DNA of 64,000 bases, taken from contig OZ249442.1 in assembly GCA_965235115.1 (NCBI GenBank), forward strand, positions 27,466,001 through 27,530,000, read 5' to 3'. Positions 33,950 through 48,867 of this stretch are shown here, in pieces. The position numbers and the translations under genes are program-made. The stretch's first letter is position 1, and every line of letters starts with the position of its first letter. The DNA is from Laetmonice hystrix (Eukaryota). The notes under the pieces were generated by a model. The model ran no database searches, was not told where the DNA came from, and worked only from the letters and a program-made list of their open reading frames with translations.

Positions 33950-36900
33950 ATGAGGCTACAGGCCGTTCTCCTCCTGCTGATTACCGCCTGGCTACCGTCG
34001 ACCTCAACCCTGAAGGGAGGTCTCTCCATCGAACTGACCTCTTCACTCCAGGCGGACAGTCCGGCCCACCAATCGACTGGAGAGGGAACAGTCGGTCTAG
34101 AGATGATCGCCTCCTGTCGGGCCTCCTGTGGCGTCACGGTAAGCATTCTCCATTCATTGTACCAGTAATTTTATGATGAAAATTATGAAAACAATTTACA
34201 ACAACTGTGTTTTAGATTAGAGCATTCCGTTAACAACAACCCGGATTTCACCTCATGTCTGTAAATCTGGGTTTTTTTTCTAGTTTCTTCAGTGGCCGCT
34301 AGGTGACGGGCAGTGCCTGGAGGAACCTCAATGTGTAACGGTCAGTATAAATTATATGCGTCACGATTTTGGCCACGATTCAGATACAGGTCGTAACAGC
34401 TATTTTTAGGGGTTTAAGCTTTTTTTATCCGTTCTCCAAGCCATTCATTCACTGTCTCTATCCCTTTCAGTGTTGGCGATTATGCGACCTCCTGTACACG
34501 GAAGAGCTCAAATGGAGAATGTCTTGTGACCAGGACGATTGTGTAAGTCAAATTATATTTTATAACGTAAAAAACGACAGCGTGTAAATTGACCTGGAAT
34601 AGGTATTCTGACTAGTACTTAAGATATGATTCATATTCAACATATTTTCATTCAGCTCGACGGATGTCAGACTGCCTGCAGTTTTGATTTCTCGCAGAGT
34701 CCCGGTAAGCACACCTCTGTCTTTCAGTGTAGGTCCTTAGGTATGCTATTTCGATTATAGTTTTTCTGTTATGTAATTTCCAGATTAATAGTTATTTGAT
34801 TATTTCCCTGGTTGTAGTCTCTCCCAGTGTTGGCGACTGGCAGTTCCTTGTCGACCCCATACTGACCATTGTGGACGCCAACAAGTTACACGTCACGTGG
34901 TCTCCACCCGAATACCGCCCCCACCAGTCCCGATTCCGATCACCAGGTGGCAGGCCTATCGTTTACACTCTGCTGTTCAAGGATATCACGAACCCCCACT
35001 GGCGAAGGGTCACTTCGGTTAGTATGCAATGGCGTTTGTTAATCCAAATCGAAACTGTGTCGGCAAAATATAGGTTATTCTTGATTATCTTTTTAGAATC
35101 TAGGATGACCTTTTTTTATTTGCTGATTTCTACTTTTAGACCATGAACTTGAGAGCGATCGTGGAAGGACCACACGCAAGTCTTCCAGGCCTTCGGTTCC
35201 AGCTGCTCGCATCCTCAGAAGAAGGAACAGTTGCATATGTCTTCATTGGCTACAATCCTACCACCACACTACTACCACTGGACCACACTACCTATACCTC
35301 TGCTACATTCAAGACATCTACAGAAACCCCGGCCTCAACAGTGAGTTGTGAAGCTTTCGGCCCCAATTTGGGTGTAAAATTGATGGCCTTATGTCATAGC
35401 TCATGAGCCAAGCAGACTATATTGTTGGGGTGCTTTACAATAGATATTTCTCCATCCTACAGGGCCACACTGCAGCAATGACGTCACCAAAGGTATCAGT
35501 TGCCGTCACCGAGGATGGAAGCATTGAAGCCACCATAACGTGGGACCAGATTCTCACAGACACTGATCGAATTGTTTACAATGTCACTTGGGGGCGCCAC
35601 TCGTGTAATGTCGATCCGAGCCTAACTGCGTGCCCTCTACGGGAAGGTAGACTCTCCGCCAACATCAAGGCTAAAGATCGCCAGGTAGCTCTTCGAGTTG
35701 CTGCTTCCTATATTACATACCTTCAAATCTAATTTTGCGTTCCGATTTCCATTCCGTTAGCCAGAAGGAGTTCTAAATGTTGCAATGTATGATGTATGTC
35801 GTGTCCTATAGAATATGTAGGCTTACCGCTACCACATTTGTATATTTCAGGAGATGCGCGTCGTCCTGACTCAGCTTACCTTTAATTCCAAGTACTGGCT
35901 TCAGGTGAACTTAAGAGGGCAGGTCTACAGTTCGGTCTTCTTCACTCCAGCCTGCCGCCAGGTGGACGCAACCTTCATGAGATGTGCCGGGCCGGTGAAA
36001 ACTCTGCCAGCCAGGGTGAAGACCACTACCTTATGGGCAACGCCTTCTAGCAGGAGTTTAACATCTCTACTCACGACACCCATGTCAACGACCGATTCCG
36101 ATCGTAGACCGAGTCTGTCTACAGGAGGGAAAGAACTTCCCAAGGACATCAGGCCAAAACTTCATCAAGGGGGTACGTCAAGGGCATGTACATAACTTCA
36201 ACTAAACATTGTCATTGGTTGGATAGGGCATTTGTAGTAAAGTCGGCCACAATGTCACAGTTTGTTAATTTCATTATGTTACAGGAGATAAATCCTGGTT
36301 GTCTGCTAACTGGCTGGTCCTACTGGTAGCGACGGCTGCCAGTCTGACGACCATGGTTATCTTCACAGCCGGCCTCTATCTCTGCGGATGTTTAACTCGA
36401 CCCAAGGGTAAGTGACCATTCAGTTTATATTCTCAACAGATTCTATTATGTGCGAGAAGGAGTGAAACATGAGAAATATTTCTGAAATGAACCATTTCCC
36501 TCTTATCAAAGTAGTTGTCGTCTTTCTTCCACAGGGTACTCCAGTGCAGGCCAGGCTAACATGACTTTCGCCAGCTTTCCGCCGTCATACAGTTCCCAAG
36601 CCAACCTGTACCAACTCCAGCACCTCCAGTTGTCTCAACGACTCCTGGCCTACACCCCTGTACCACCCGCCTACGTCAGCTGCCCTGGCCACGCCCCCAG
36701 CCCCATGGTCATCGCCCCGTCCTACCACGGTCTGCCGTCATTGACTTGTCACCTTCAGGACATGGAGGATGACGTACAGCCCCGGCTTTCCTCCTGCCCA
36801 GACTCCCCCAAGGTACCAGTGCCTCATCAACCCATCCCACAGATCTCCATAGACCTGTGCTCCGACGAATCTGACGATGAGTTTCATCTGACACGAACCA

Positions 36901-37088
36901 GCACCCCGACAGCCACCGTCCTGCGGGTGACAGACAACCCCCTCTACCGACTTGAGCACAGTGCCCTCACAGTGCCACACCCGAGTCCAGTCCTCACGAG
37001 GAGCAGGTCGACTCAGGGCCTAGACCAGTGCTTCATCCGTGACGACAGTGTGTCCAGTCATGAGCGTGTCCACCACAGCGACCTCTAG
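33950..37088 (+). CDS. Gene A copy 5, intact
   Basis: All splice sites present and no frameshift seen; tail variant MTFASFPPSY...NLYQ. Confidence 0.82.
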
Positions 37089-38419
37089 CGTGTCGCGTGC
37101 CTGTAACGGTCTGCCGCTACAGATTGGGGAGCTAGTGGGGGGGGGGGGGTGCGCTGCCACATAAGCGAAATTGTGTAATATGGTGCATGCCTGGTATTTT
37201 ATGATGTCAAATGTCAAAAATAAAATATTCATTTCGATTGTGTGTTCTGCCATTCTACGCTTAACTGATAGAACTTCAAAAGGTCTCTACCTTCTATGCG
37301 CCGTTTTATATTTCTTCTCTGCTCCCATGTCCTCAATAGTCGAATATCTAGGATTCACATCTCAAAATGCCAGGCCTGTAATAAGAATTGACCCCGTTGA
37401 AACTCTATCCCACAATCTTCTTATCCGAAGTCAGACGCCGTATTCATGAGGCCCCGTATAGTCCGTTATCCCCGTTATCCCCAACCCGTTTCGTACTGTC
37501 GCCCACAGATCCCGTAGCATTTGAACGTCATTGGAGTTAGGAAGCTGATGTCTTGTCGTACACGTCACTGTTGTCCATATTTGTAATCATTTATTTACTG
37601 TTTCTTTTGTTTCAAGACATCACGTGTTTGAAATAGAATCATTAACAGTGCCAGGGCTGTCATTGTTGGCTTTACATTGCGATACACAAAACTGTTTAAC
37701 TCTACAAAGATGGCCGCAAAGAGTCTTATATTTTGAAACTGTCTCTCATTATTTCTTCTTCAAGGTGGTAGCGTTCCCTCAACAACTATATGGAGTTATA
37801 CATTATGTAGAACGTGTTACATTAAAAGTTTAGAATCGGATTGTACTTCCTAAATAGGACCAGACCAAAAGCACAGCTTTGAATATAAGGCACCGCATGA
37901 GACCAAAGTTTTCACACCTTTCCACAGACGTTAACTACTTGCTGTTGTAGGCCTGCTGTTGTCTGTTCTTATGGCAACACCTGGGATACATAATGTACAT
38001 AAGGTCATAGGTCCACAGTAACTGCTCAGCACTTGAATTGCACCTCAGACTGCCGAACAAGCTTCATAATCCAATATAGTTGGAAGAGGAACTCCGATTA
38101 CATTCACAGAAAAGGTAAGACCCATTCTCACGTTTATGCCTATGTAGAGAAGAGAAATATATATATTCGTCAGGGGGAGAATAACTAACAGCTCTATCCT
38201 AAGAGCCTGTGCTCTGATAAAAAGGTTAAAGGAATTGAAAATTTAAGATGATGACATGTAAGCTTGGCCGAGAATCATATTTAGGGGCCGTATCAAATCT
38301 TAAGTATGTTTGGTCATATATACAGCATTAGGAGAGAAGGGGAACGTTATTCGATATGTAACATTGCATTTATCTCCATTTCCAGAACGTTATCCCACTG
38401 GACAAGGTTATTAGACAAC

Positions 38420-39256
38420 ATGAATACCCTTAGAGTTTTCACACTCGTCATTATCGTTGCTTTCTTTGGTGAGTCGGTGAACTTTTTAATATATGTGATT
38501 ATCGTATCTCAGTATCACTCTTTCAAATATTTCGGGGAAAGTTCTTAAGTTTGTATGCGTATCTGCTCAATTTCGCCTGTTTTGACACCTGAACAGCTTT
38601 TTACTTTTACATTACGTTTTAGATTTTTCCAGATATTCAATGCCCGATGTCCTCTTCAAAAATATGGTTTAATTGTTTAAAAATACCCCATTTCTGATGT
38701 CCTGAATATCCTTTAATAGGTCAAGGTGAAAATGCCACCACATCCGGCCCAACAACGGCAGTGGTTTCCAGCACAGATCCATTGACAATGGTCACAGATT
38801 CGTCCTCTGTGACAAACGACACAGTAACGGCGATTACTGGAACGGTTGAGGCCACCACCACGGCGGAAGGAAACGCAACAGACGCCACAACAGAGGTCAG
38901 TATGATTTCTTACACATTATGATAAAATAGAGGGGAAAATATTCCCATGGAAACTTTCATGCATATACTCGTATTTCTTCCTGCCTTTAGGTGGCAAAGG
39001 TTAACTTTAGAAGTTTAAGTGCAATTTATGTCAGTCCATTTTACACGCAATCATACGAAAGATAATTCATTTGTAAACATTTATCCGGAAAAACACATAT
39101 TTTCGGTCACGACTGCTTGTTTAAAGATTATTTTCCATTCCTTTGCATTACTGACAGACACCGGATTCGTCTCAGAACAGCGCCCACGTTCTTTCCAGCT
39201 CTGTGGTCATGGCCATATCGGCCATTGCCACATACAGCGCCCTCTTACGAATTTAA
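38420..39256 (+). CDS. Gene B copy 6, intact
   Basis: Same three-exon structure, open frame. Confidence 0.83.
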
Positions 39257-39756
39257 CCGTGACGTCACGACCATTCCTCATGTGATCGCGCTGAACTAAT
39301 CGTCAGCAAGCTAGAGACTCAAGTTACGCTTTCTCCAGTATACATATTTTACGCAATATCTCCACGTGGACAAGTGAACAAATTGACAAAAGTTTGGTGC
39401 TTAAATTGTTTAAATATTCTTATAGAAAAAAAACCCAATGTATGTGTAGGTACTAAAAGGGCAACTGAATACTACATTGACGTCCGGAGCATAACACTGG
39501 AGAAAAGCACTATTGTATGTAAAACTCGGTATTGTAAATAAAATGAAAGGTTTTTAAAAGCGAATTCATGTTTCTATTGCATAATTTCTTGTTGAACACG
39601 CACAAATAAACTTTATGTACAGCTGCCCACATTCTATCTGTCTACTAGCTGCCACTTTGGGATATTACCAAAAGTTTTTTTGAGTATCTTTCCAAAAAAA
39701 AGTCCCATAGAAAATAGATGATCTTGACAGACTTTCAAAAGCCCGTCTATAAAAAT

Positions 39757-39829
39757 TGACCACGATGGGACTCGAACCCACAATCTTCTGATTCGAAGTC
39801 AGACGCCTTATCCATTAGGCCACGCGGCC
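39757..39829 (-). tRNA. tRNA-Arg(UCG)
   Basis: Same cloverleaf sequence with terminator. Confidence 0.96.
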
Positions 39830-40179
39830 ACCCATATACAGCTTTTTCCAAATTTCGTAACACTGAGAGAAAACTCGATTAATACACGTTTAGAGTGCAC
39901 GGTGAGTGTACATGTCAGTGTGAATTTCCTGTTGACACAACCCCATGGGTGATAAGTGTAATTATTCACGATCCATACCATATGGTCCCTCTTTCTGCAA
40001 AATCAAAATTTGAAGTGACAGCTAGTAGAAGTCGGGTCAAAGCGTTCTATGTGTCTGTATTTGAGGCCTTTGTCGGTATTACTCAAAGAGAGAGCGTCAG
40101 AGGCGTCACCGTGGCGGATTGGGCCAGGTCAAAGGAGGAGAGAGTGGGTGGGGTGAGGCTGTCGTGGGCGGGGTGAGGC

Positions 40180-40183
<4 letters not shown>

Positions 40184-40225
<42 letters not shown>
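40184..40225. repeat. (AG)21 microsatellite
   Basis: Read directly from the sequence. Confidence 0.96.
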
Positions 40226-40228
<3 letters not shown>

Positions 40229-41405
40229 GGGAGTGGGCGGGGTGAGACTGTTGTGGGCGGGCCCCAGCTCAAAGAGAGGGCGGGTGACAGGTAACCGTGG
40301 CCGGCTCAAATGGTCAACAGACAGGGTCATTCGGCCCACCTCGGGACTGTCCGGGCGGCACAAGTCAGTAGGCTGCCGAATAGTCCGGTGAAAGGACTTC
40401 CGTTTTCGTAACGCTATGGTGTGGGAGTGATACGGTCGTGGGGGATTCTATATTTATATTCTTACCCGTGACGTCACGGCAGTTCACTGACTTGAGCCGT
40501 CCAGACCACAACTAGCGAAGCGACCGGAAGTTGGGCCGAGGTTTTCCGAATGCAGACAAGGTGTGACCGTGGTTGGTGGTGACCGGCTCGAAAGGGAAAC
40601 GGTAAAGGTGTGACCTAGTTAGACTAGTCAACCCCTAGTCATTTCTCTGCCGACTAGGGTTCGACGGTTTTAACATTTTAAATAAAGATGACCGAATAGT
40701 GGAAAGTGTGCACGACTCTTTCAGGCTAACTTTCCAAAAACTGTTTGTTATAGCGGGCTACTATTCGGACATAGTTAATTGTTTAAAAGGTGAAACTGCT
40801 TAAAAAAACTCTACCCTGACGAAGCTGAAAAACAAAAAGAAGAAACCGCCCGTCCACGGGTTTAACTACTCTAAGTTTTACAGTGGTTGGTGGCGGTTGG
40901 CTCAAAGGGGCAGAGGGCGAGGTGTGACCGTTACGGGAAGGCAGCCGGGTCACTCCTCGCCGGGACTGCCCTATTCACACCTATAGCTCCCGGCCTAGGG
41001 TGGCGGCTATGATCTCGACTCGTGAAATTCCTCTAAGGCCGCATTTTTTCACACATCCACTTACAAAGAACATGTCAAAGCCTTTGAAGGGGCAGCCTCC
41101 ACCGAGTGGGATGCTATATAAGTCAGTTCCCTGGACACAGAAATCAGAACCTTGTCGACCGTCACAGACGTCGGACATCATATCACGGATTGCATTGGAC
41201 TGCTGTAAACACGGGACATACGACCAGTTTGGAAGCTTCACTAGGTATGATTCAGCTTATAATCAGCACTGCAGGGAGCGTCAAGATCTGTTTAGGTTAC
41301 GACAACAATATAAAGTTATCCTTGACCATACAGTTTTTGATTGCTCTTATATTTTTTGACAATGCCATTTCTGTTTCAGACTCGAATTCAGGGGCTACCT
41401 TCACC

Positions 41406-44400
41406 ATGAGGCTACAGGCCGTTCTCCTCCTGCTGATTACCGCCTGGCTACCGTCGACCTCAACCCTGAAGGGAGGTCTCTCCATCGAACTGACCTCTTC
41501 ACTCCAGGCGGACAGTCCGGCCCACCAATCGACTGGAGAGGGAACAGTCGGTCTAGAGATGATCGCCTCCTGTCGGGCCTCCTGTGGCGTCACGGTAAGC
41601 ATTCTCCATTCATTGTACCAGTAATTTTATGATGAAAATTATGAAAACAATTTACAACAACTGTGTTTTAGATTAGAGCATTCCGTTAACAACAACCCGG
41701 ATTTCACCTCATGTCTGTAAATCTGGGTTTTTTTTCTAGTTTCTTCAGTGGCCGCTAGGTGACGGGCAGTGCCTGGAGGAACCTCAATGTGTAACGGTCA
41801 GTATAAATTATATGCGTCACGATTTTGGCCACGATTCAGATACAGGTCGTAACAGCTATTTTTAGGGGTTTAAGCTTTTTTTATCCGTTCTCCAAGCCAT
41901 TCATTCACTGTCTCTATCCCTTTCAGTGTTGGCGATTATGCGACCTCCTGTACACGGAAGAGCTCAAATGGAGAATGTCTTGTGACCAGGACGATTGTGT
42001 AAGTCAAATTATATTTTATAACGTAAAAAACGACAGCGTGTAAATTGACCTGGAATAGGTATTCTGACTAGTACTTAAGATATGATTCATATTCAACATA
42101 TTTTCATTCAGCTCGACGGATGTCAGACTGCCTGCAGTTTTGATTTCTCGCAGAGTCCCGGTAAGCACACCTCTGTCTTTCAGTGTAGGTCCTTAGGTAT
42201 GCTATTTCGATTATAGTTTTTCTGTTATGTAATTTCCAGATTAATAGTTATTTGATTATTTCCCTGGTTGTAGTCTCTCCCAGTGTTGGCGACTGGCAGT
42301 TCCTTGTCGACCCCATACTGACCATTGTGGACGCCAACAAGTTACACGTCACGTGGTCTCCACCCGAATACCGCCCCCACCAGTCCCGATTCCGATCACC
42401 AGGTGGCAGGCCTATCGTTTACACTCTGCTGTTCAAGGATATCACGAACCCCCACTGGCGAAGGGTCACTTCGGTTAGTATGCAATGGCGTTTGTTAATC
42501 CAAATCGAAACTGTGTCGGCAAAATATAGGTTATTCTTGATTATCTTTTTAGAATCTAGGATGACCTTTTTTTATTTGCTGATTTCTACTTTTAGACCAT
42601 GAACTTGAGAGCGATCGTGGAAGGACCACACGCAAGTCTTCCAGGCCTTCGGTTCCAGCTGCTCGCATCCTCAGAAGAAGGAACAGTTGCATATGTCTTC
42701 ATTGGCTACAATCCTACCACCACACTACTACCACTGGACCACACTACCTATACCTCTGCTACATTCAAGACATCTACAGAAACCCCGGCCTCAACAGTGA
42801 GTTGTGAAGCTTTCGGCCCCAATTTGGGTGTAAAATTGATGGCCTTATGTCATAGCTCATGAGCCAAGCAGACTATATTGTTGGGGTGCTTTACAATAGA
42901 TATTTCTCCATCCTACAGGGCCACACTGCAGCAATGACGTCACCAAAGGTATCAGTTGCCGTCACCGAGGATGGAAGCATTGAAGCCACCATAACGTGGG
43001 ACCAGATTCTCACAGACACTGATCGAATTGTTTACAATGTCACTTGGGGGCGCCACTCGTGTAATGTCGATCCGAGCCTAACTGCGTGCCCTCTACGGGA
43101 AGGTAGACTCTCCGCCAACATCAAGGCTAAAGATCGCCAGGTAGCTCTTCGAGTTGCTGCTTCCTATATTACATACCTTCAAATCTAATTTTGCGTTCCG
43201 ATTTCCATTCCGTTAGCCAGAAGGAGTTCTAAATGTTGCAATGTATGATGTATGTCGTGTCCTATAGAATATGTAGGCTTACCGCTACCACATTTGTATA
43301 TTTCAGGAGATGCGCGTCGTCCTGACTCAGCTTACCTTTAATTCCAAGTACTGGCTTCAGGTGAACTTAAGAGGGCAGGTCTACAGTTCGGTCTTCTTCA
43401 CTCCAGCCTGCCGCCAGGTGGACGCAACCTTCATGAGATGTGCCGGGCCGGTGAAAACTCTGCCAGCCAGGGTGAAGACCACTACCTTATGGGCAACGCC
43501 TTCTAGCAGGAGTTTAACATCTCTACTCACGACACCCATGTCAACGACCGATTCCGATCGTAGACCGAGTCTGTCTACAGGAGGGAAAGAACTTCCCAAG
43601 GACATCAGGCCAAAACTTCATCAAGGGGGTACGTCAAGGGCATGTACATAACTTCAACTAAACATTGTCATTGGTTGGATAGGGCATTTGTAGTAAAGTC
43701 GGCCACAATGTCACAGTTTGTTAATTTCATTATGTTACAGGAGATAAATCCTGGTTGTCTGCTAACTGGCTGGTCCTACTGGTAGCGACGGCTGCCAGTC
43801 TGACGACCATGGTTATCTTCACAGCCGGCCTCTATCTCTGCGGATGTTTAACTCGACCCAAGGGTAAGTGACCATTCAGTTTATATTCTCAACAGATTCT
43901 ATTATGTGCGAGAAGGAGTGAAACATGAGAAATATTTCTGAAATGAACCATTTCCCTCTTATCAAAGTATTTGTCGTCCTTCCTCCACAGGGTACTCGAG
44001 TGCGGGCCAGGCTAACATGACTTTCGCCAGCCTTCCGCCGTCATACAGTTCCCAAGCCAACCTTCACCAACTCCAGCACCTCCAGTTGTCTCAACGACTC
44101 CGGGCCTACACCCCTGTACCACCCGCCTACGTCAGCTGCCCTGGCCACACCCCCAGCCCCATGGTCATCGCCCCGTCCTACCACGGTCTGCCGTCATTGA
44201 CTTGTCACCTTCAGGACATGGAGGATGACGTACAGCCCCGGCTTTCCTCCTGCCCAGACTCCCCCAAGGTACCAGTGCCTCATCAGCCCATCCCTCAGAT
44301 CTCCATAGACCTGTGCTCCGACGAATCTGACGATGAGTTTCATCTGACACGAACCAGCACCCCGACAGCCACCGTCCTGCGGGTGACAGACAACCCCCTC

Positions 44401-44544
44401 TACCGACTTGAGCACAGTGCCCTCACAGTGCCACACCCGAGTCCAGTCCTCACGAGGAGCAGGTCGACTCAGGGCCTAGACCAGTGCTTCATCCGTGACG
44501 ACAGTGTGTCCAGTCATGAGCGTGTCCACCACAGCGACCTCTAG
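41406..44544 (+). CDS. Gene A copy 6, intact
   Basis: All splice sites present and no frameshift seen; tail variant QRLRAY...GHTPS. Confidence 0.82.
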
Positions 44545-45871
44545 CGTGTCGCGTGCCTGTAACGGTCTGCCGCTACAGATTGGGGAGCTAGTGGGGGGGG
44601 GTGCGCTGCCACATAAGCGAAATTGTGTAATATGGTGCATGCCTGGTATTTTATGATGTCAAATGTCAAAAATAAAATATTCATTTCGATTGTGTGTTCT
44701 GCCATTCTACGCTTAACTGATAGAACTTCAAAAGGTCTCTACCTTCTATGCGCCGTTTTATATTTCTTCTCTGCTCCCATGTCCTCAATAGTCGAATATC
44801 TAGGATTCACATCTCAAAATGCCAGGCCTGTAATAAGAATTGACCCCGTTGAAACTCTATCCCACAATCTTCTTATCCGAAGTCAGACGCCGTATTCATG
44901 AGGCCCCGTATAGTCCGTTATCCCCGTTATCCCCAACCCGTTTCGTACTGTCGCCCACAGATCCCGTAGCATTTGAACGTCATTGGAGTTAGGAAGCTGA
45001 TGTCTTGTCGTACACGTCACTGTTGTCCATATTTGTAATCATTTATTTACTGTTTCTTTTGTTTCAAGACATCACGTGTTTGAAATAGAATCATTAACAG
45101 TGCCAGGGCTGTCATTGTTGGCTTTACATTGCGATACACAAAACTGTTTAACTCTACAAAGATGGCCGCAAAGAGTCTTATATTTTGAAACTGTCTCTCA
45201 TTATTTCTTCTTCAAGGTGGTAGCGTTCCCTCAACAACTATATGGAGTTATACATTATGTAGAACGTGTTACATTAAAAGTTTAGAATCGGATTGTACTT
45301 CCTAAATAGGACCAGACCAAAAGCACAGCTTTGAATATAAGGCACCGCATGAGACCAAAGTTTTCACACCTTTCCACAGACGTTAACTACTAGCTGTTGT
45401 AGGCCTGCTGTTGTCTGTTCTTATGGCAACACCTGGGATACATAATGTACATAAGGTCATAGGTCCACAGTAACTGCTCAGCACTTGAATTGCACCTCAG
45501 ACTGCCGAACAAGCTTCATAATCCAATATAGTTGGAAGAGGAACTCCGATTACATTCACAGAAAAGGTAAGACCCATTCTCACGTTTATGCCTATGTAGA
45601 GAAGAGAAATATATATATTCGTCAGGGGGAGAATAACTAACAGCTCTATCCTAAGAGCCTGTGCTCTGATAAAAAGGTTAAAGGAATTGAAAATTTAAGA
45701 TGATGACATGTAAGCTTGGCCGAGAATCATATTTAGGGGCCGTATCAAATCTTAAGTATGTTTGGTCATATATACAGCATTAGGAGAGAAGGGGAACGTT
45801 ATTCGATATGTAACATTGCATTTATCTCCATTTCCAGAACGTTATCCCACTGGACAAGGTTATTAGACAAC

Positions 45872-46708
45872 ATGAATACCCTTAGAGTTTTCACACTCGT
45901 CATTATCGTTGCTTTCTTTGGTGAGTCGGTGAACTTTTTAATATATGTGATTATCGTATCTCAGTATCACTCTTTCAAATATTTCGGGGAAAGTTCTTAA
46001 GTTTGTATGCGTATCTGCTCAATTTCGCCTGTTTTGACACCTGAACAGCTTTTTACTTTTACATTACGTTTTAGATTTTTCCAGATATTCAATGCCCGAT
46101 GTCCTCTTCAAAAATATGGTTTAATTGTTTAAAAATACCCCATTTCTGATGTCCTGAATATCCTTTAATAGGTCAAGGTGAAAATGCCACCACATCCGGC
46201 CCAACAACGGCAGTGGTTTCCAGCACAGATCCATTGACAATGGTCACAGATTCGTCCTCTGTGACAAACGACACAGTAACGGCGATTACTGGAACGGTTG
46301 AGGCCACCACCACGGCGGAAGGAAACGCAACAGACGCCACAACAGAGGTCAGTATGATTTCTTACACATTATGATAAAATAGAGGGGAAAATATTCCCAT
46401 GGAAACTTTCATGCATATACTCGTATTTCTTCCTGCCTTTAGGTGGCAAAGGTTAACTTTAGAAGTTTAAGTGCAATTTATGTCAGTCCATTTTACACGC
46501 AATCATACGAAAGATAATTCATTTGTAAACATTTATCCGGAAAAACACATATTTTCGGTCACGACTGCTTGTTTAAAGATTATTTTCCATTCCTTTGCAT
46601 TACTGACAGACACCGGATTCGTCTCAGAACAGCGCCCACGTTCTTTCCAGCTCTGTGGTCATGGCCATATCGGCCATTGCCACATACAGCGCCCTCTTAC
46701 GAATTTAA
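45872..46708 (+). CDS. Gene B copy 7, intact
   Basis: Same three-exon structure, open frame. Confidence 0.83.
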
Positions 46709-47208
46709 CCGTGACGTCACGACCATTCCTCATGTGATCGCGCTGAACTAATCGTCAGCAAGCTAGAGACTCAAGTTACGCTTTCTCCAGTATACATATT
46801 TTACGCAATATCTCCACGTGGACAAGTGAACAAATTGACAAAAGTTTGGTGCTTAAATTGTTTAAATATTCTTATAGAAAAAAAACCCAATGTATGTGTA
46901 GGTACTAAAAGGGCAACTGAATACTACATTGACGTCCGGAGCATAACACTGGAGAAAAGCACTATTGTATGTAAAACTCGGTATTGTAAATAAAATGAAA
47001 GGTTTTTAAAAGCGAATTCATGTTTCTATTGCATAATTTCTTGTTGAACACGCACAAATAAACTTTATGTACAGCTGCCCACATTCTATCTGTCTACTAG
47101 CTGCCACTTTGGGATATTACCAAAAGTTTTTTTGAGTATCTTTCCAAAAAAAAGTCCCATAGAAAATAGATGATCTTGACAGACTTTCAAAAGCCCGTCT
47201 ATAAAAAT

Positions 47209-47281
47209 TGACCACGATGGGACTCGAACCCACAATCTTCTGATTCGAAGTCAGACGCCTTATCCATTAGGCCACGCGGCC
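47209..47281 (-). tRNA. tRNA-Arg(UCG)
   Basis: Same cloverleaf sequence with terminator. Confidence 0.96.
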
Positions 47282-47631
47282 ACCCATATACAGCTTTTTC
47301 CAAATTTCGTAACACTGAGAGAAAACTCGATTAATACACGTTTAGAGTGCACGGTGAGTGTACATGTCAGTGTGAATTTCCTGTTGACACAACCCCATGG
47401 GTGATAAGTGTAATTATTCACGATCCATACCATATGGTCCCTCTTTCTGCAAAATCAAAATTTGAAGTGACAGCTAGTAGAAGTCGGGTCAAAGCGTTCT
47501 ATGTGTCTGTATTTGAGGCCTTTGTCGGTATTACTCAAAGAGAGAGCGTCAGAGGCGTCACCGTGGCGGATTGGGCCAGGTCAAAGGAGGAGAGAGTGGG
47601 TGGGGTGAGGCTGTCGTGGGCGGGGTGAGGC

Positions 47632-47635
<4 letters not shown>

Positions 47636-47687
<52 letters not shown>
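47636..47687. repeat. (AG)26 microsatellite
   Basis: Read directly from the sequence. Confidence 0.96.
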
Positions 47688-47690
<3 letters not shown>

Positions 47691-48867
47691 GGGAGTGGGC
47701 GGGGTGAGACTGTTGTGGGCGGGCCCCAGCTCAAAGAGAGGGCGGGTGACAGGTAACCGTGGCCGGCTCAAATGGTCAACAGACAGGGTCATTCGGCCCA
47801 CCTCGGGACTGTCCGGGCGGCACAAGTCAGTAGGCTGCCGAATAGTCCGGTGAAAGGACTTCCGTTTTCGTAACGCTATGGTGTGGGAGTGATACGGTCG
47901 TGGGGGATTCTATATTTATATTCTTACCCGTGACGTCACGGCAGTTCACTGACTTGAGCCGTCCAGACCACAACTAGCGAAGCGACCGGAAGTTGGGCCG
48001 AGGTTTTCCGAATGCAGACAAGGTGTGACCGTGGTTGGTGGTGACCGGCTCGAAAGGGAAACGGTAAAGGTGTGACCTAGTTAGACTAGTCAACCCCTAG
48101 TCATTTCTCTGCCGACTAGGGTTCGACGGTTTTAACATTTTAAATAAAGATGACCGAATAGTGGAAAGTGTGCACGACTCTTTCAGGCTAACTTTCCAAA
48201 AACTGTTTGTTATAGCGGGCTACTATTCGGACATAGTTAATTGTTTAAAAGGTGAAACTGCTTAAAAAAACTCTACCCTGACGAAGCTGAAAAACAAAAA
48301 GAAGAAACCGCCCGTCCACGGGTTTAACTACTCTAAGTTTTACAGTGGTTGGTGGCGGTTGGCTCAAAGGGGCAGAGGGCGAGGTGTGACCGTTACGGGA
48401 AGGCAGCTGGGTCACTCCTCGCCGGGACTGCCCTATTCACACCTATAGCTCCCGGCCTAGGGTGGCGGCTATGATCTCGACTCGTGAAATTCCTCTAAGG
48501 CCGCATTTTTTCACACATCCACTTACAAAGAACATGTCAAAGCCTTTGAAGGGGCAGCCTCCACCGAGTGGGATGCTATATAAGTCAGTTCCCTGGACAC
48601 AGAAATCAGAACCTTGTCGACCGTCACAGACGTCGGACATCATATCACGGATTGCATTGGACTGCTGTAAACACGGGACATACGACCAGTTTGGAAGCTT
48701 CACTAGGTATGATTCAGCTTATAATCAGCACTGCAGGGAGCGTCAAGATCTGTTTAGGTTACGACAACAATATAAAGTTATCCTTGACCATACAGTTTTT
48801 GATTGCTCTTATATTTTTTGACAATGCCATTTCTGTTTCAGACTCGAATTCAGGGGCTACCTTCACC

